Assembly (NCBI GenBank): GCA_051362555.1
Contig: CM120640.1
Location: 8,990,001 to 9,054,000, forward strand
Direction: 5' to 3'
DNA from: Lingula anatina
Lineage: Eukaryota > Animalia > Brachiopoda
DNA: 64,000 bases
Position 1 is the first letter of the stretch. Each line of letters opens with the position of its first letter. The translations under genes were made by a program, and so were the position numbers. Below are positions 40,901-52,700 of this stretch, in pieces. The notes under the pieces were generated by a model. It made no database searches. It was not told the DNA's origin and saw only the letters and a list, made by a program, of their open reading frames with translations.

Positions 40901-43900
40901 TGTAGAAAAAAGTACAAATTGTGTCAAAGAAAGATCAAATGTCCATACTTATATTTAAGAATTCTGAGTGGAGGCGTGTAGTAACTTTCAAATGCAGATT
41001 GAGATGGCAGATACATGTAACTTTAGAAACTTAATTGAAACAATTGAGTGAACATAACAAAAGTCACAAATTTCAAATGGGAAGGAAAAAACACAAATCA
41101 CCAACTTACTGTTATTCAGGACTTCGTGTTTTCTGGAGGCTCCAGACATCTGATTGAGTTGACCTTGTCCGTTCACCTTTCTGTGCCCAGAGTGTGGCCT
41201 CCCAACATCTGCTGAATCGTTTTGTTTTCTTTCCTGGGTTAATCTCTCTGGTGAGTCTAATGGTAAAAATGCCTCTATATTATCAATGTATTGGTCTAAA
41301 TCTGAATCATTTTCTAATTCTGAATCCACCTCACTCACTGTAACTTGTACATCATCATTGTCATCACCTCCATCTTCATAATCCTCACCATTACTGTAAG
41401 AAGGCACAGATTCAAAGGTTCTATTCAAATGAATTGGTGACTTAGAATTATTCAACTGATCTCTTATCTGTTTCAGCTGTTTTCCCTGTTGTTTTATGAG
41501 TTTCATATGTTGCTTCATCTGCAACTCTTGTGTTTTCAGTGATCTAAACAAAGCATCGCGGTCGTCAGTGAAGAACGTATCAGCAGGACTATTATTATGT
41601 GACCAGGTTTGATTTGGAGACCTTCTACTTTGATGAGATGAAAATTCAGGCTCTGACTCTGGCTCACCACCAGATGAAGATGCATACTGTGAGCCAAAAC
41701 TTTGTGACAATTCTGGTGGTACATGACTCTCATAATTATGTTGTAAGTTTGGGTGTTGGTACATCTGATGTCCTCCAGGTGGCAGCATGTGAGCAACCCC
41801 ATCTGGTGGTGATGTTGGGTAGAGACCATTCCACATGATACCATCACGGTCCATCTGAAAAGTAGAATAGGTACTAAATAAGTCACCCATTACAACTGAT
41901 ATTATGCATCTATGCATTATTTATTTCTAAGAAATCTAGATTCTGTTCACTATTACAAAAAAAAAAAAAAAGGTTCCATTTGATAAAAAAAGAAAATGAC
42001 CAAACGCAAAATTTTTTCAAATCATATTTCCATCATAAAAACATCAAAAAAAATAAATATTAAAAAAGTTAATCTTTTAATTCTAATACGTGACTTTAAA
42101 CCAACAACAGTAATATAACACACAACACATCAGTATCAATATATCCATACCAGCATGTCTTCATCTGGAGCTTCCCTTTGCCCTGATTCAGTGGACCCTG
42201 AAAAAGAAAGTTGATAAAGTCTCCTTTTCTTCCATTTTTTCTAATTCCTCCTTAAACTTAAGCTTTAATTTTTCAAAGTCATAACATCACTTTTTAACTA
42301 GGATAAATGAAATGAATCATTTAACTAAAAAAAAAGGGATGGCTGTATATCATGTAATAGCACAGGCTAATTGACATAAAACTTATCCTGTGTCCAAGCT
42401 GAAGGTATTTTTCTTATCCTAACAAAACATGGCATCAAGGTTGCTTTAAATTAGCATCCAGCCCTGAAACTCACCATACACCCCGTGGTTTGGTCCTTCC
42501 CCTATCCCAGAATCTGTGGAACCATGTGTGGGTGGGGACACGTGGTACTTGTCAGATACAGGGATCAATGGGACATGGTCTCTGCACATATACTCTGCTG
42601 AGTGGTTTATCACTGGACTGCTATTGTTTAGTTGTGATATATGGATGGAAGGTCCACTGTGTGTAGGAGGTGCGTGGTGGTCCTTTTTGTAGGCTTTTTT
42701 ATGCTTTGGACCCATCAGGCCATTTTGTTGGTGATGCAGAAGTTCTGGATTAGGCAAATTTGATATGGCACTTGGATACCTGTATTGAAAATTTAAAAGC
42801 CAGAATTAATAAAAAAAATACATCCAAACAGTCACATTTCAATTATTCATATCTTGCATTTATAGTAAAACAACACTGCTATCAAAATTTTATTCTTAAT
42901 ATATTTTGTTTATAACACATAAGTCTGTAAATCCCTACATAATTATTCAACTTGCACTGTTCAATGGTGAAATGAAGAGCATACCTGTTAAAAGCAGTCC
43001 TGTCAGGCTGGAAACTAACATGGTGGTCTGGTCTGGACTGCAGGGCACTGGTGGACCTCCTCACAGGAGAGGAGAGGGGCTGAAAATGACAAAACTTAAT
43101 GAGGACATGAGAAAAAAAAACATGTGGTTTCCTCATTTCTATCATATTAGCAGACTTCTACAATGGACTAACTCCATCTTTAACTTCAAATCTCTACAGG
43201 AGAGTACCTGATGTTATGCTTTATACTGTACCTGGTCTGGTCTCCTCATCTCCATCATACTAGCTGATCTATACACTGGACTAACTCCATCTTTATCCTC
43301 ATATCTCTACAGGAGAGTATGTGATGTTATACCATATACTGTACCTGGTCAGGTCTCCTCATCTCCATCATGCTAGCTGATCTATACACTGGACTGCCTT
43401 TAATGGTCCTCAGCTCCTCCTCAGCACTTTCTGCTCTGTCTATGATGGTGTCTATCATCTCTTCTAGTTTCTGTCTTGCTCCTGATTCCTGCTCAGCAGC
43501 TTTCTCTAAGTAATTTTTCAGTTTCTTGATCTCACTGTAAATTGTTAGAAAAGAAAAAATTATTTGTTTTGCAATTTTAGAGTTTTAAACTTGGAAATAA
43601 AAATAATTGTCATTTCTTGCAAAACTATGCCTTTTCTATTTTTTCATGCTACAAATTTTTCATTTCTTCTTTTTTATATTAAAATACCTTTCTCTAAATA
43701 GCTATAATCCAAGAAGGTGTAATAAGCCACCCCACCAACCCCTCCCCACACTAATAAACATACACATACATAAAATGCCACACACCACTGGAATGTTTAA
43801 ACATTTGTTTCATACCATGTAAATATTTAAAATTATTAAGACATACAAAAATACTTACAAAATATTTGCAAAGAACTTTAAACCAACACAATGTAACCAT

Positions 43901-45279
43901 ATGTAAACAATAAAGGCAATACTAGATTAATTTCCCTTCTATCAAAAGTTTTTCTTGCTCTTAAACTTTTTTATTTTTACACACCAAAAAAACTGAGAAG
44001 TAACAAAAGCAATTGGAAATTTCTTGGGTATAACAGAAATTCCAAAAACCTTTTCTGGGGGCTGAAACATACAAGGGAGTGAGACACCTATATATATTTT
44101 ATATTACAATTTATGGAATGACACATAAACATTATGACCTGACCTAGCTGTTACAGATCAATAACTGAAATAACAAAACAATAAAATCAATAATACTTAA
44201 AATACTCTACATACAAGCATGCAGTAATTTCTTTAAAATCCATCACCCAATTTCACTAACAAAGGCTATACTACCAATATTAAATCTGCCAACTTGTACC
44301 TCAATACACCCTGAAAAAAATTCACAGTAACTTACGCTTCTTTTCTTTCAATTTCTTGGTCTTTGTCTTCCAGCTGTTCATGCAAGGCTTCTACACTTTG
44401 GGTCATGGCGTCATTCTCTCTGGACCACTCCAAAGTCTCCTGCTGCAACTTTTGCCTTTCCTTTGATAATTTTTCCAATTCTTCATTGGCAATTTCTAAT
44501 TTAGCATCCTTAAATTTGAGTTTCTCTTTCAATTGTTTTACAAGAAGTTCTTGTTCCTTCCTAAGTTTATCAGTGTATATTTGTGACAAATCTAAAGAGT
44601 CTGAGAGATTTTGTGATTCTGCTTTAGCTTGCAAGAGTTTCAGTTCTTTGATTTCCAGCTCTCTTTGAAGGCTGTTATATGTTATGTTATCTACTGGGCC
44701 TCTTGTCTGCCCATCTTGATCCTGAGGGCTATTCACACTGCCATATATTTTGTTTGGGGGTAAAAAAGAGGGGTGTGACCTGGACTTGGACGGAGAATAT
44801 GTATCACCCAAATAGCTAAGGCTCACTGGTCTTCCATCTGAAGTTTGATAATAGTCAGAAGTTGGAGGGAATATGGAGGAAGAACCAGTAAATGGAGCTT
44901 GTCTTGTGAATGGGACCTCTACTTTTGGGGCAACATCTTGAAGCTCAAATGATTCCACTTCTCTCACAGGACGTATATCCAACGAGGCAATTTTTGCTGG
45001 TTTGAATTTGGATGCAGCAATTTTGTTCTGTCTTTCTATTTCCTTTGCTCTTTTGAGTTGTTCTTCCAACTTTTTTGCTTCTTTACTGAACATTTCCCTA
45101 AATGGTGTCCCATGTTTGGGCTCAGGATCTATGGAGAAATGGAGACCAGGCTTTTTCCTGTTTGAATCTTCAAAACTGTGGTCCAAGTGCATGTGACTCC
45201 TGAACTCTGAGAATGTGGAAAAGGTTTTCAGGTCTCCACATTTGGGGCACCTGTAGGGTATCTCCTCCACCTCCGCCAT
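37964..45279 (-). CDS. FBXO41: F-box only protein 41-like (N-terminal C2H2-like zinc finger, coiled coil, F-box, LRR-like C-terminus), about 1115 aa
   Basis: 15 phase-consistent exons (minus strand): 45279-44336 (MAEVEEIPYRCPKCGDLKTF..HMHLDH), 43534-43345 (AAEQESGARQKLEEMIDTIIDRAESAEEEL), 43079-42985, 42779-42475, 42197-42151, 41854-41110, 40824-40622 (F-box: ALFCVFLYLDTKSL..VSREWRQVGRHPALW), 40393-40339, 40165-40105, 39709-39611 (RGALEAGLEHLLKA), 39405-39256 (DRSLWLISCHC..EVIWALGAGC), 38997-38879 (MIGKCWPHLR), 38654-38496 (RLQVLELDH..GLKGL..TPVTPKALVHFN), 38300-38185, 38023-37964 (RRPGF..LHIKSDYG*). The motifs match my recollection of vertebrate FBXO41. Confidence 0.93.
43164..43395. repeat. 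113-bp tandem duplication spanning an FBXO41 exon donor
   Basis: tggact.. recurs at 43164, 43277 and 43390. The duplicated part includes the exon end SPVYRSASMMEMRRPDQ|gtacag. Confidence 0.85.
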
Positions 45280-45686
45280 TATATTACCATGGTTCCATCA
45301 ACAGCTGCTGAAAATAATTCAAATGACACATATTTAATATTTACAAGCTCATGGGCTTTATTCTCTAAATAACTTAAGCTCAAAAATTGGCTCATTTCAG
45401 ACCAATACTTTAGTCTATTTGACCATGACAAATCTGTAATAGTACACTTTAATGAAATATTGCATGTGTCTGCATAATATCAATAAAAATCATCTCTAGT
45501 GTTTTTTTCTCCTTTTTTTAAAAAAACTGACCTTTTAGAAAATAAACTACTGTGGGTTTATTCTTAAACTGAAACAGACCAAAATTTTGGTCTAAAAATT
45601 CTGACCAATTTTAGGCCTCAGATCTTTTGCAAAATTGGTTCCAGATTTCCATGTATAACATGATGAAAAATAATGTGTATACTATC

Positions 45687-46280
45687 TAGAGAATAATGAG
45701 CATACTGTAGTTTTCATTCAAAGGTAATTGCTTACCAAGAGTACTTAGTCAGATGTTAGATGTAGCCAAAGGCTATGTTGCATCAGTACTTACCTGGAGA
45801 ACATGTCATTCTCTGTGTAGGCCTATATAGTGAATCATTCAGACACTGGACTTCACCCTGATAGGAGGTGTGCAGGACTTTTTATACCTGAGCCTTCATA
45901 GATAAGATGGACACTATTTGATTTCCAATCTTTATTAACTGGAAACAATGAAGGCTGAAATGCATACAAACAAACTATTAGTAAACTCAGTAATATAATA
46001 AATGGAAAAATATGAAATACTCAATAAAGAACTAGATTATGAAATACTGATATATGTAAATAAATGTAAGTCACCTCAGGTATAAAAAGTCCTGCACACC
46101 TCCTATCAGGGTGAAGTCCAGTGTCTGAATGATTCACTATATAGGCCTACACAGAGAATGACATGTTCTCCAGGTAAGTACTGATGCAACATAGCCTTTG
46201 GCTACATCTAACATCTGACTAAGTACTCTTGGTAAGCAATTACCTTTGAATGAAAACTACAGTATGCTCATTATTCTCTA
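45687..46280. repeat. Long inverted repeat: two 206-bp arms with a 182-bp spacer
   Basis: 45687-45892 is the reverse complement of 46075-46280, with no mismatch found on reading. Confidence 0.92.
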
Positions 46281-49137
46281 TTCTCTATCCATCTTATCTA
46301 CTATCCACTGGACAATACACGTTCTAAAATGCTGTGAATTCATATAAGCCAGGTGAGTGAATGACACTGCAGTTCCTGAGGCCTAGGATATATAGAAAGA
46401 TTATATTATACCTCTTTAGTCAATATTAGATGTCAAAAAGCTTTACAGTAATTATGACCTTTTCAATAAATGAGCCTTTCCTATTTCATCAACCAGTCTC
46501 TCCAATGTGATACATACTTAATATACTTGCCTACCTATCATCACTGCTCCCTGAGTGGTGTACTACCTGCTTAAGATGTGGTGTATGATCACACTTATTG
46601 ATTCCTATTCACAAATTGCCATATGGCCCATTTAATGGAGGTTTAATGGAGGTTATTATGATAGTAGTTGACAGTTTTTCAATATGCAATCAATATAATA
46701 CAGGTATGACAAATTACTAGCACCTGTCCAATACATTCATGGAAGCCTGCCAGGTCAACTAATTAGTGTTGGTTTTATTATTACAAAGGATAGGATAACA
46801 AAAAGGAATATGTTGATTCTGTACAGTGACCAAACTTGGTGAAAATAGGTGTACTCTATGTACTAGTTGCAAGTATAAACCTCCTCTTACATTTATTTTA
46901 ATATGTTAAAATATCTATATGCACTCTAAATTATATTCCTTAAGGTAAACCTTGGTACAAAATCTTATAGTCATATCATAGTTGTATTGGTATTAATAAT
47001 TTTAAGTAAAAACTTCAACAACCCAATGTTAGCCTAGCCTTTTACCGTCGTATTTGAAATTGAATCTTAACTTATGAATAAAACAATATTTCTTGATAAA
47101 ATATAATATCCGACTCAAACTTTTGAAAACAAAAAATCTTGAAAAGTACTTGCAAGTTCTATGAAACCAGTATCTGAAGCACATAAAATCTCATCTTTCT
47201 TTAAAATCTATTGCTTTAGGCGCATGGTCATTCACTCCCGCAGTAACTCCAATAACTTCCAAGTTACTTCACAAAATAATACCTCGCCAGTTCATTTATG
47301 AGACCATCTGTTGATATACCGTACTAGGCACTCTACCTGGTCTGGATCATATACCTTCAACTTACTTTATATAACAAAACTCTCATTCAAATCTTGCAAT
47401 CAGAAGATCCCCTGTATTTACCTCTGAGACTTCGAATTCCAAGGTAGCTAAAATGCCCTCCCTTATCAATTTGAGTGCATACCTGGGTTTAACTGTTGCA
47501 GTTGGAACCACCTCTGCTAAAAATATCTAAGTTCATCTGTAATAAATCAATATAACTTGCTGCAACTTTCTTCAAGTTCTTTGTAGTTTTGCTTCGGGCT
47601 GTTTTTCAAATCAACAGCAGAAGGGTGAAAGTTGGATCTGAATTTGTTGAATGTTTTCTTAATAATTGAATCATCTAAAAAGGGCGTGTTTTTTTTAAAC
47701 AACCATCTTTAGATTATTCTGTTTACAAGAAAGCAAACATCTCCCATGATCGGCAATTAGAATAACAGGCAAATTTTTAAGATAATTAAGAAAAAAAGCA
47801 TTCAGTAATGTATATCATTTTTTATGTAAGTAAAATCTTATGAGACAATGGCACTGAATCTAACACAGGGCACTGACTCATACTGCAGATGTAGGGGAAA
47901 CTCTAGAGATACCCAAGGTCCAGACAACCTGCACTACAATGATCTGAAGGTCCTCCAAATTTTGTGCTGGTCAAAACTAAGTATTTTATTTCCATTAGTC
48001 TATATTTACATGTCATGTATAATAATTATGTATTGTATTTTCACTTAAACCTTGCCAGTCCAGAGGACCTATGAAATCAAAAATCTTGCAGGTCCTCTGG
48101 CATTCGAAGCAGTCCTGACCTGTCAGACAGGCAGTTTTCCCATGTCTGATACTGACTTTATCAATACCTATGTGGCAAAACTATTCAAACTAAGATTCTC
48201 CCTCTGAAAACCCAACTAACAGCTTTGCTGCATTTGGTAAATATAAAGAATGGATGAAATGCACAGAGAAACCTAGGTAACAGGGGAAGGGTGTGGAATT
48301 AGCTTTCCCTGTAAACATGCCCTACAGAACCTTAATCTTCCATACTGAAGGGTTCCCAGGCATCTGAATGATAACTTTATATGAGGATTACTGACTGAAA
48401 TTTTAATTAGAAGAATGCAACACTTTAAAGTGGAAATGATTTTCATTTCACAAACCCAAAAAGTGGGTTCACGAAGTCCACATAGTATTATAACCCCCTC
48501 CCAACACACACATATTTTTAATTCAACACATTTTCAATAACTTCATAGATAGAGGTTCATTGTAAAAAAAAATCATGTGAACACTCAGGTTATTTACAAA
48601 AATTATACATTGATATCAATCATGTAGGAAACTATCTTGATATTGACAGATTCCCTTTCACATAATATAGCCATGTGTGACATTAAATCACTAAAGTACT
48701 CATTAAGTTGATAAACAGAACAGTCCAACTTATGTATGTGCGAAGTGACAGTTATAATTGTTCAATAATGTGTTCACTTGTTGAACATGCTACTGTAGCT
48801 GAATGTCAACCATTTCCCATTAAAAAGACCTGATGATTGAGTGTTGTGCTTTTAAAAGGTAAATTCTAATTTTCCTGAAAATATCAACACATTTGCCTTA
48901 ATGCTGTAACACTGAAAATATTGAGCTAGGCACCTTGAACGTTAATTACGAGTTTTTCAGTAATTGAGAACGCAAATACAGTCTAGCTTAATTGTCACAT
49001 CACTTTTGATGGTGGTATAATTATACTTGTAATCGAGAACTCGAACTGTAGAATTCACAATGGTTCTGGGTAGTACAGTATATACCATAATAATGGCATT
49101 TATTTAACTCACAATTAGCTGACAGTGTTCAGTAAAG

Positions 49138-49138
49138 T

Positions 49139-49181
<43 letters not shown>

Positions 49182-49183
49182 TT
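49138..49183. repeat. (TTTA)n microsatellite
   Basis: About 11 units. Confidence 0.9.
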
Positions 49184-49373
49184 TTTCATGTGGCTAACAT
49201 ATACAGCTGTTGTTTCTAGACAATAGTTAAATTTTACTATAGAATAACAGATCACCTTTGCATCCAGAACTATGTGTAATGTAAGCTTCAGAGCAATGTA
49301 TATAACGTCTTTTAAAGCTTTAAGAATGAAAGCCCTTATCTTATGTGCCTGTATTATCACACTCTTTGCTTAC

Positions 49374-49520
49374 CTCACGCACTCACAACGACTTCTTCAA
49401 AATTCTGCTTTCTGTGCAGCATCTCAGACATATCTCGGCATTCACTGAGCAAGGCACCCCTCTCATAAAACCCAAAATGTCTAGATTCTACAGTTTTAAC
49501 TGGCGATTCACTCTCGCTCA
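49374..49520 (-). other. Candidate non-coding first exon (5' UTR) of the FBXO41-like gene
   Basis: Minus-strand donor GAG|GTAAG (plus-strand cttac at 49369-49373) and a second donor GTGAGT at 49381-49386. The ATG-bearing exon has an acceptor near 45308 only about 28 nt above the ATG, so an upstream exon is expected. The 5' boundary is a guess. Confidence 0.45.
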
Positions 49521-49766
49521 ACATTAGACATTATGTACTGTCTTGTATCAAACTGCCCTCTATAGGTCTCAGGGAAACTAGGTCAATAGTATTGGAGTTC
49601 GCTTAGTTCTGGCACAGGCAACCTTTGACCGTAATCCTTACCTGAGCATTGGTTATGTATTTGTGAGGGAGCACGTATCCCTTTTTGTATTGTCAAACAT
49701 TATCTACCAGCAACCAAGGATCACGTGCGTGCTGAAAATAGTGGAATACCTCAAACCATCTTAATA
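49520..49766. promoter_or_regulatory. Putative bidirectional promoter between FBXO41 and ACOX3
   Basis: Head-to-head arrangement with locally more CpG. Contains a CTCF-like motif ctgccctctatagg (49553-49566), an AGGTCA half-site (about 49580), a DR1-like caacct-t-tgaccg (49619-49631) and an E-box tcacgtg (49721-49727). Confidence 0.5.
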
Positions 49767-52700
49767 ATGTCGGAGGCAATGCCTGTCGTTCAATCTTCGT
49801 CGTCTTTGGACGAGATATTGCCCGATTTTCCTCAAGGTCCGTTGGATGATTACCGAAAGAAAGCATCCTTTAACTGGAAGCGTATGAAGCTATTGGTAGA
49901 AGGAGAAGAGGAGTTGAAATTCAAGGTGAGCGTCTTTCAACGATTGTTTGCATGATATTCAACCCCGCGATCATCATCTTTTCCTTTACTATTTGTCTTT
50001 AAGATTTTATCACTGATTATACATGTATCATATGACTGTTTCCATGTTCGAAATGTATTTTTTCTTCCTATTTTGATTTGTCATGTACTTGTACTTGATA
50101 TGTTTTACAATGCAACTTAGCATTTATTATTTATTTATTTATTTTGCAAGAGGGGGGGGTTAATGTAAAGTTTTATGTAACTGATCATATGTTGTAACAA
50201 AGTTAATTATGTTGATATATATAAACAAAGTATTTAACATTTGATTTGATAGTAAAAATCCTATAAATACATATTCTGTTTGGTTCCATTACATTGATTT
50301 GTCAATTGTTATTTCATAAACATGCATTTGGTATTGCTTTCTTTCTCAGTACCATGTGTGGAGAACGCTGGAAGCTGATCCACTGTTCTCTCGAAGTTAT
50401 GAGCAATTATCTATAGACCAGGTGAGAGAGGTGACATTCCTGAGAACCAAGAAGCTGTTTGAGTACAACTTCCTGCCAGTGGATAGCATGTATGAGAACC
50501 CAGTGCTGGGAATGACCCTGACAGATGCCTTGACCAGTTACGACCCTGCTCTGTCTGCTAAATATTCCTTGAATATGCAGGTGATCAAAGTTATTAATTA
50601 TGTCAATAGGGATCTTATGTAAAATGTATAATGATATATTCATTTAGATTGTATTTGAATGACCTACATCTCTGGTCATCACAGAATCAAAATAATTTAG
50701 TGATGATAAATTTAGTTTAATGTACTCTTTGAAATGATTTGTGAAATAACTTGGATTTTAACTGCCTTGTATTGGCAATTGCAGCTACAAAATATTTTCA
50801 CATTATATAAAAATTGTTAAAGAAACAACACTTCCGCATGACATGTTTGTTTCACTTGTTGAATAATTATAGCAATGGACAAAAGATAAGTAAAAATATA
50901 CAAATATCACTCGATTATCTTATAGATGTTTGCTGGTGCTGCTCAAAGATCAGGGTCCAAAAGACACCAAGAGTTTATAGATAAATGCCACAATTTTGAG
51001 GTGCGGTTGGTCGTATTGTAGTGCACATACACTTTGTTCAGTATATAATCACAATACACAACAGCATATGTACTAGTAGGTCATAGATTGTACTCTGCAA
51101 GATGATAAATTTTAGGATCAACACCAATGCTGTTAATAATTACAAAGCCAGATCTATCATAAAAAAAGATATCGCTGTTTTAACAATTGCTCTGCCATCA
51201 GCAAATTTCAAAATACATACTCTAAAAATTATCATTTGTACTGTATCAAAGATACAATTTCGTGTGAAAATAGAAAAACACCACTTAAGAATCTAGGATT
51301 TATTTCTGATAGATCTTTTTCTTCACTTTTGTTCCAGTATTTTGGTTGTTTTGCCCTGACAGAGTTAAGTCATGGAAGTAATACAAAGGCCATGAGGACC
51401 ACTGCTCACTATGATCCCAAGACAAAGGTATTTGTTGATTGAATTTGGGCAACAAATGTCTGTTAAACAGTTTATTAGCAAATTTTTATAGTATTATTAT
51501 TGTTATTGTTATGTGTTCATTTATGTTTTATTTAAACGAAAATTGAACCAAGTTGTATCTGACAGACCACAAATTATACAGTCACAATGTATAAATAACA
51601 TGTAAAAGTTTTATGTCATGTAAACCTTCACATCTTGGATGAAAATTACATTGACTTTTAACCAGCATTTATATATTTTAGGAATATGTTTTCAACACCC
51701 CAGACTTTGAAGCCACAAAGATCTGGGTGGGCAACATGGGGAAGACTGCTACCCATGCCATAGTGTTTGCCCAGCTGTACACTCCAGATGGCAAGTGCCA
51801 TGGTCTGCACTCATTTATAGTCCAGATCCGTGACTCTAAGACATTGCTGGCGATGCCTGGAATCATGGTGGGAGATATGGGGGAGAAACTGGGACTTAAT
51901 GGTATTGATAATGGGTAAGGCACATAAGGGACATGTACCTGTACATGCATGTCATGCATGCTTTTTCTTTTTACAATCAATACAATGATTTTTTCTCAAG
52001 GGAATTGAATTTGTGTTTTTAACATTTCATTTACCTTTTGTCTTTTTCACTCCAATTCTATTTTATTTACTGCTTAGGTTAGATTTAACTGATAAGTTAT
52101 TTTATTTCAGTTTTCTTGCCTTTAACAATGTGAGAGTACCTCGTGAGAATTTACTAAACAGAACTGGAGATGTCACCCCTGCTGGAGAATATGTGACCCC
52201 CTTTAAAGTAAGCCATATTTATCTATGAAGATAGTAGGAGTACTTTATATGGTTCATGTTCATAAATTGTTTGATATTTGGCTGGATTTAATTGTTGGCA
52301 TAAAAACTATCATATGTTTCTATGGTTTTCCCACAAATTACTGAGTTTTTATATTTATTCATAAATGGGAATATATTGAATGCATTCTTAAAAATTTTGA
52401 CAATTGAATCCTTATAATGCTCAAACTTATGCTCAATAATCATTAACTTCAATTCCATGGAATTTCACTTGATACCACCACCACCAGGCTTTGACTTTTG
52501 GACATAAAGGGGTTGTATCAAAACTGTCATATTCCAGAGTCAATACCATTTAACATTTTCTGACAATGGCTTCTTATATTCAGGACCCAAACAAGCGTTT
52601 TGGTGCAGCCCTTGGTGCCTTGTCAAGTGGCCGTGTGGGAATCGTGGGACTTTGCAATGCTAACCTCAAACGCTGCATACCAATAGCTATACGTTATTCA

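Noticed and set aside
47892-48144. Possible degenerate MITE with ggacct/aggtcc motifs
   Set aside because: The termini match only loosely and there is no TSD.
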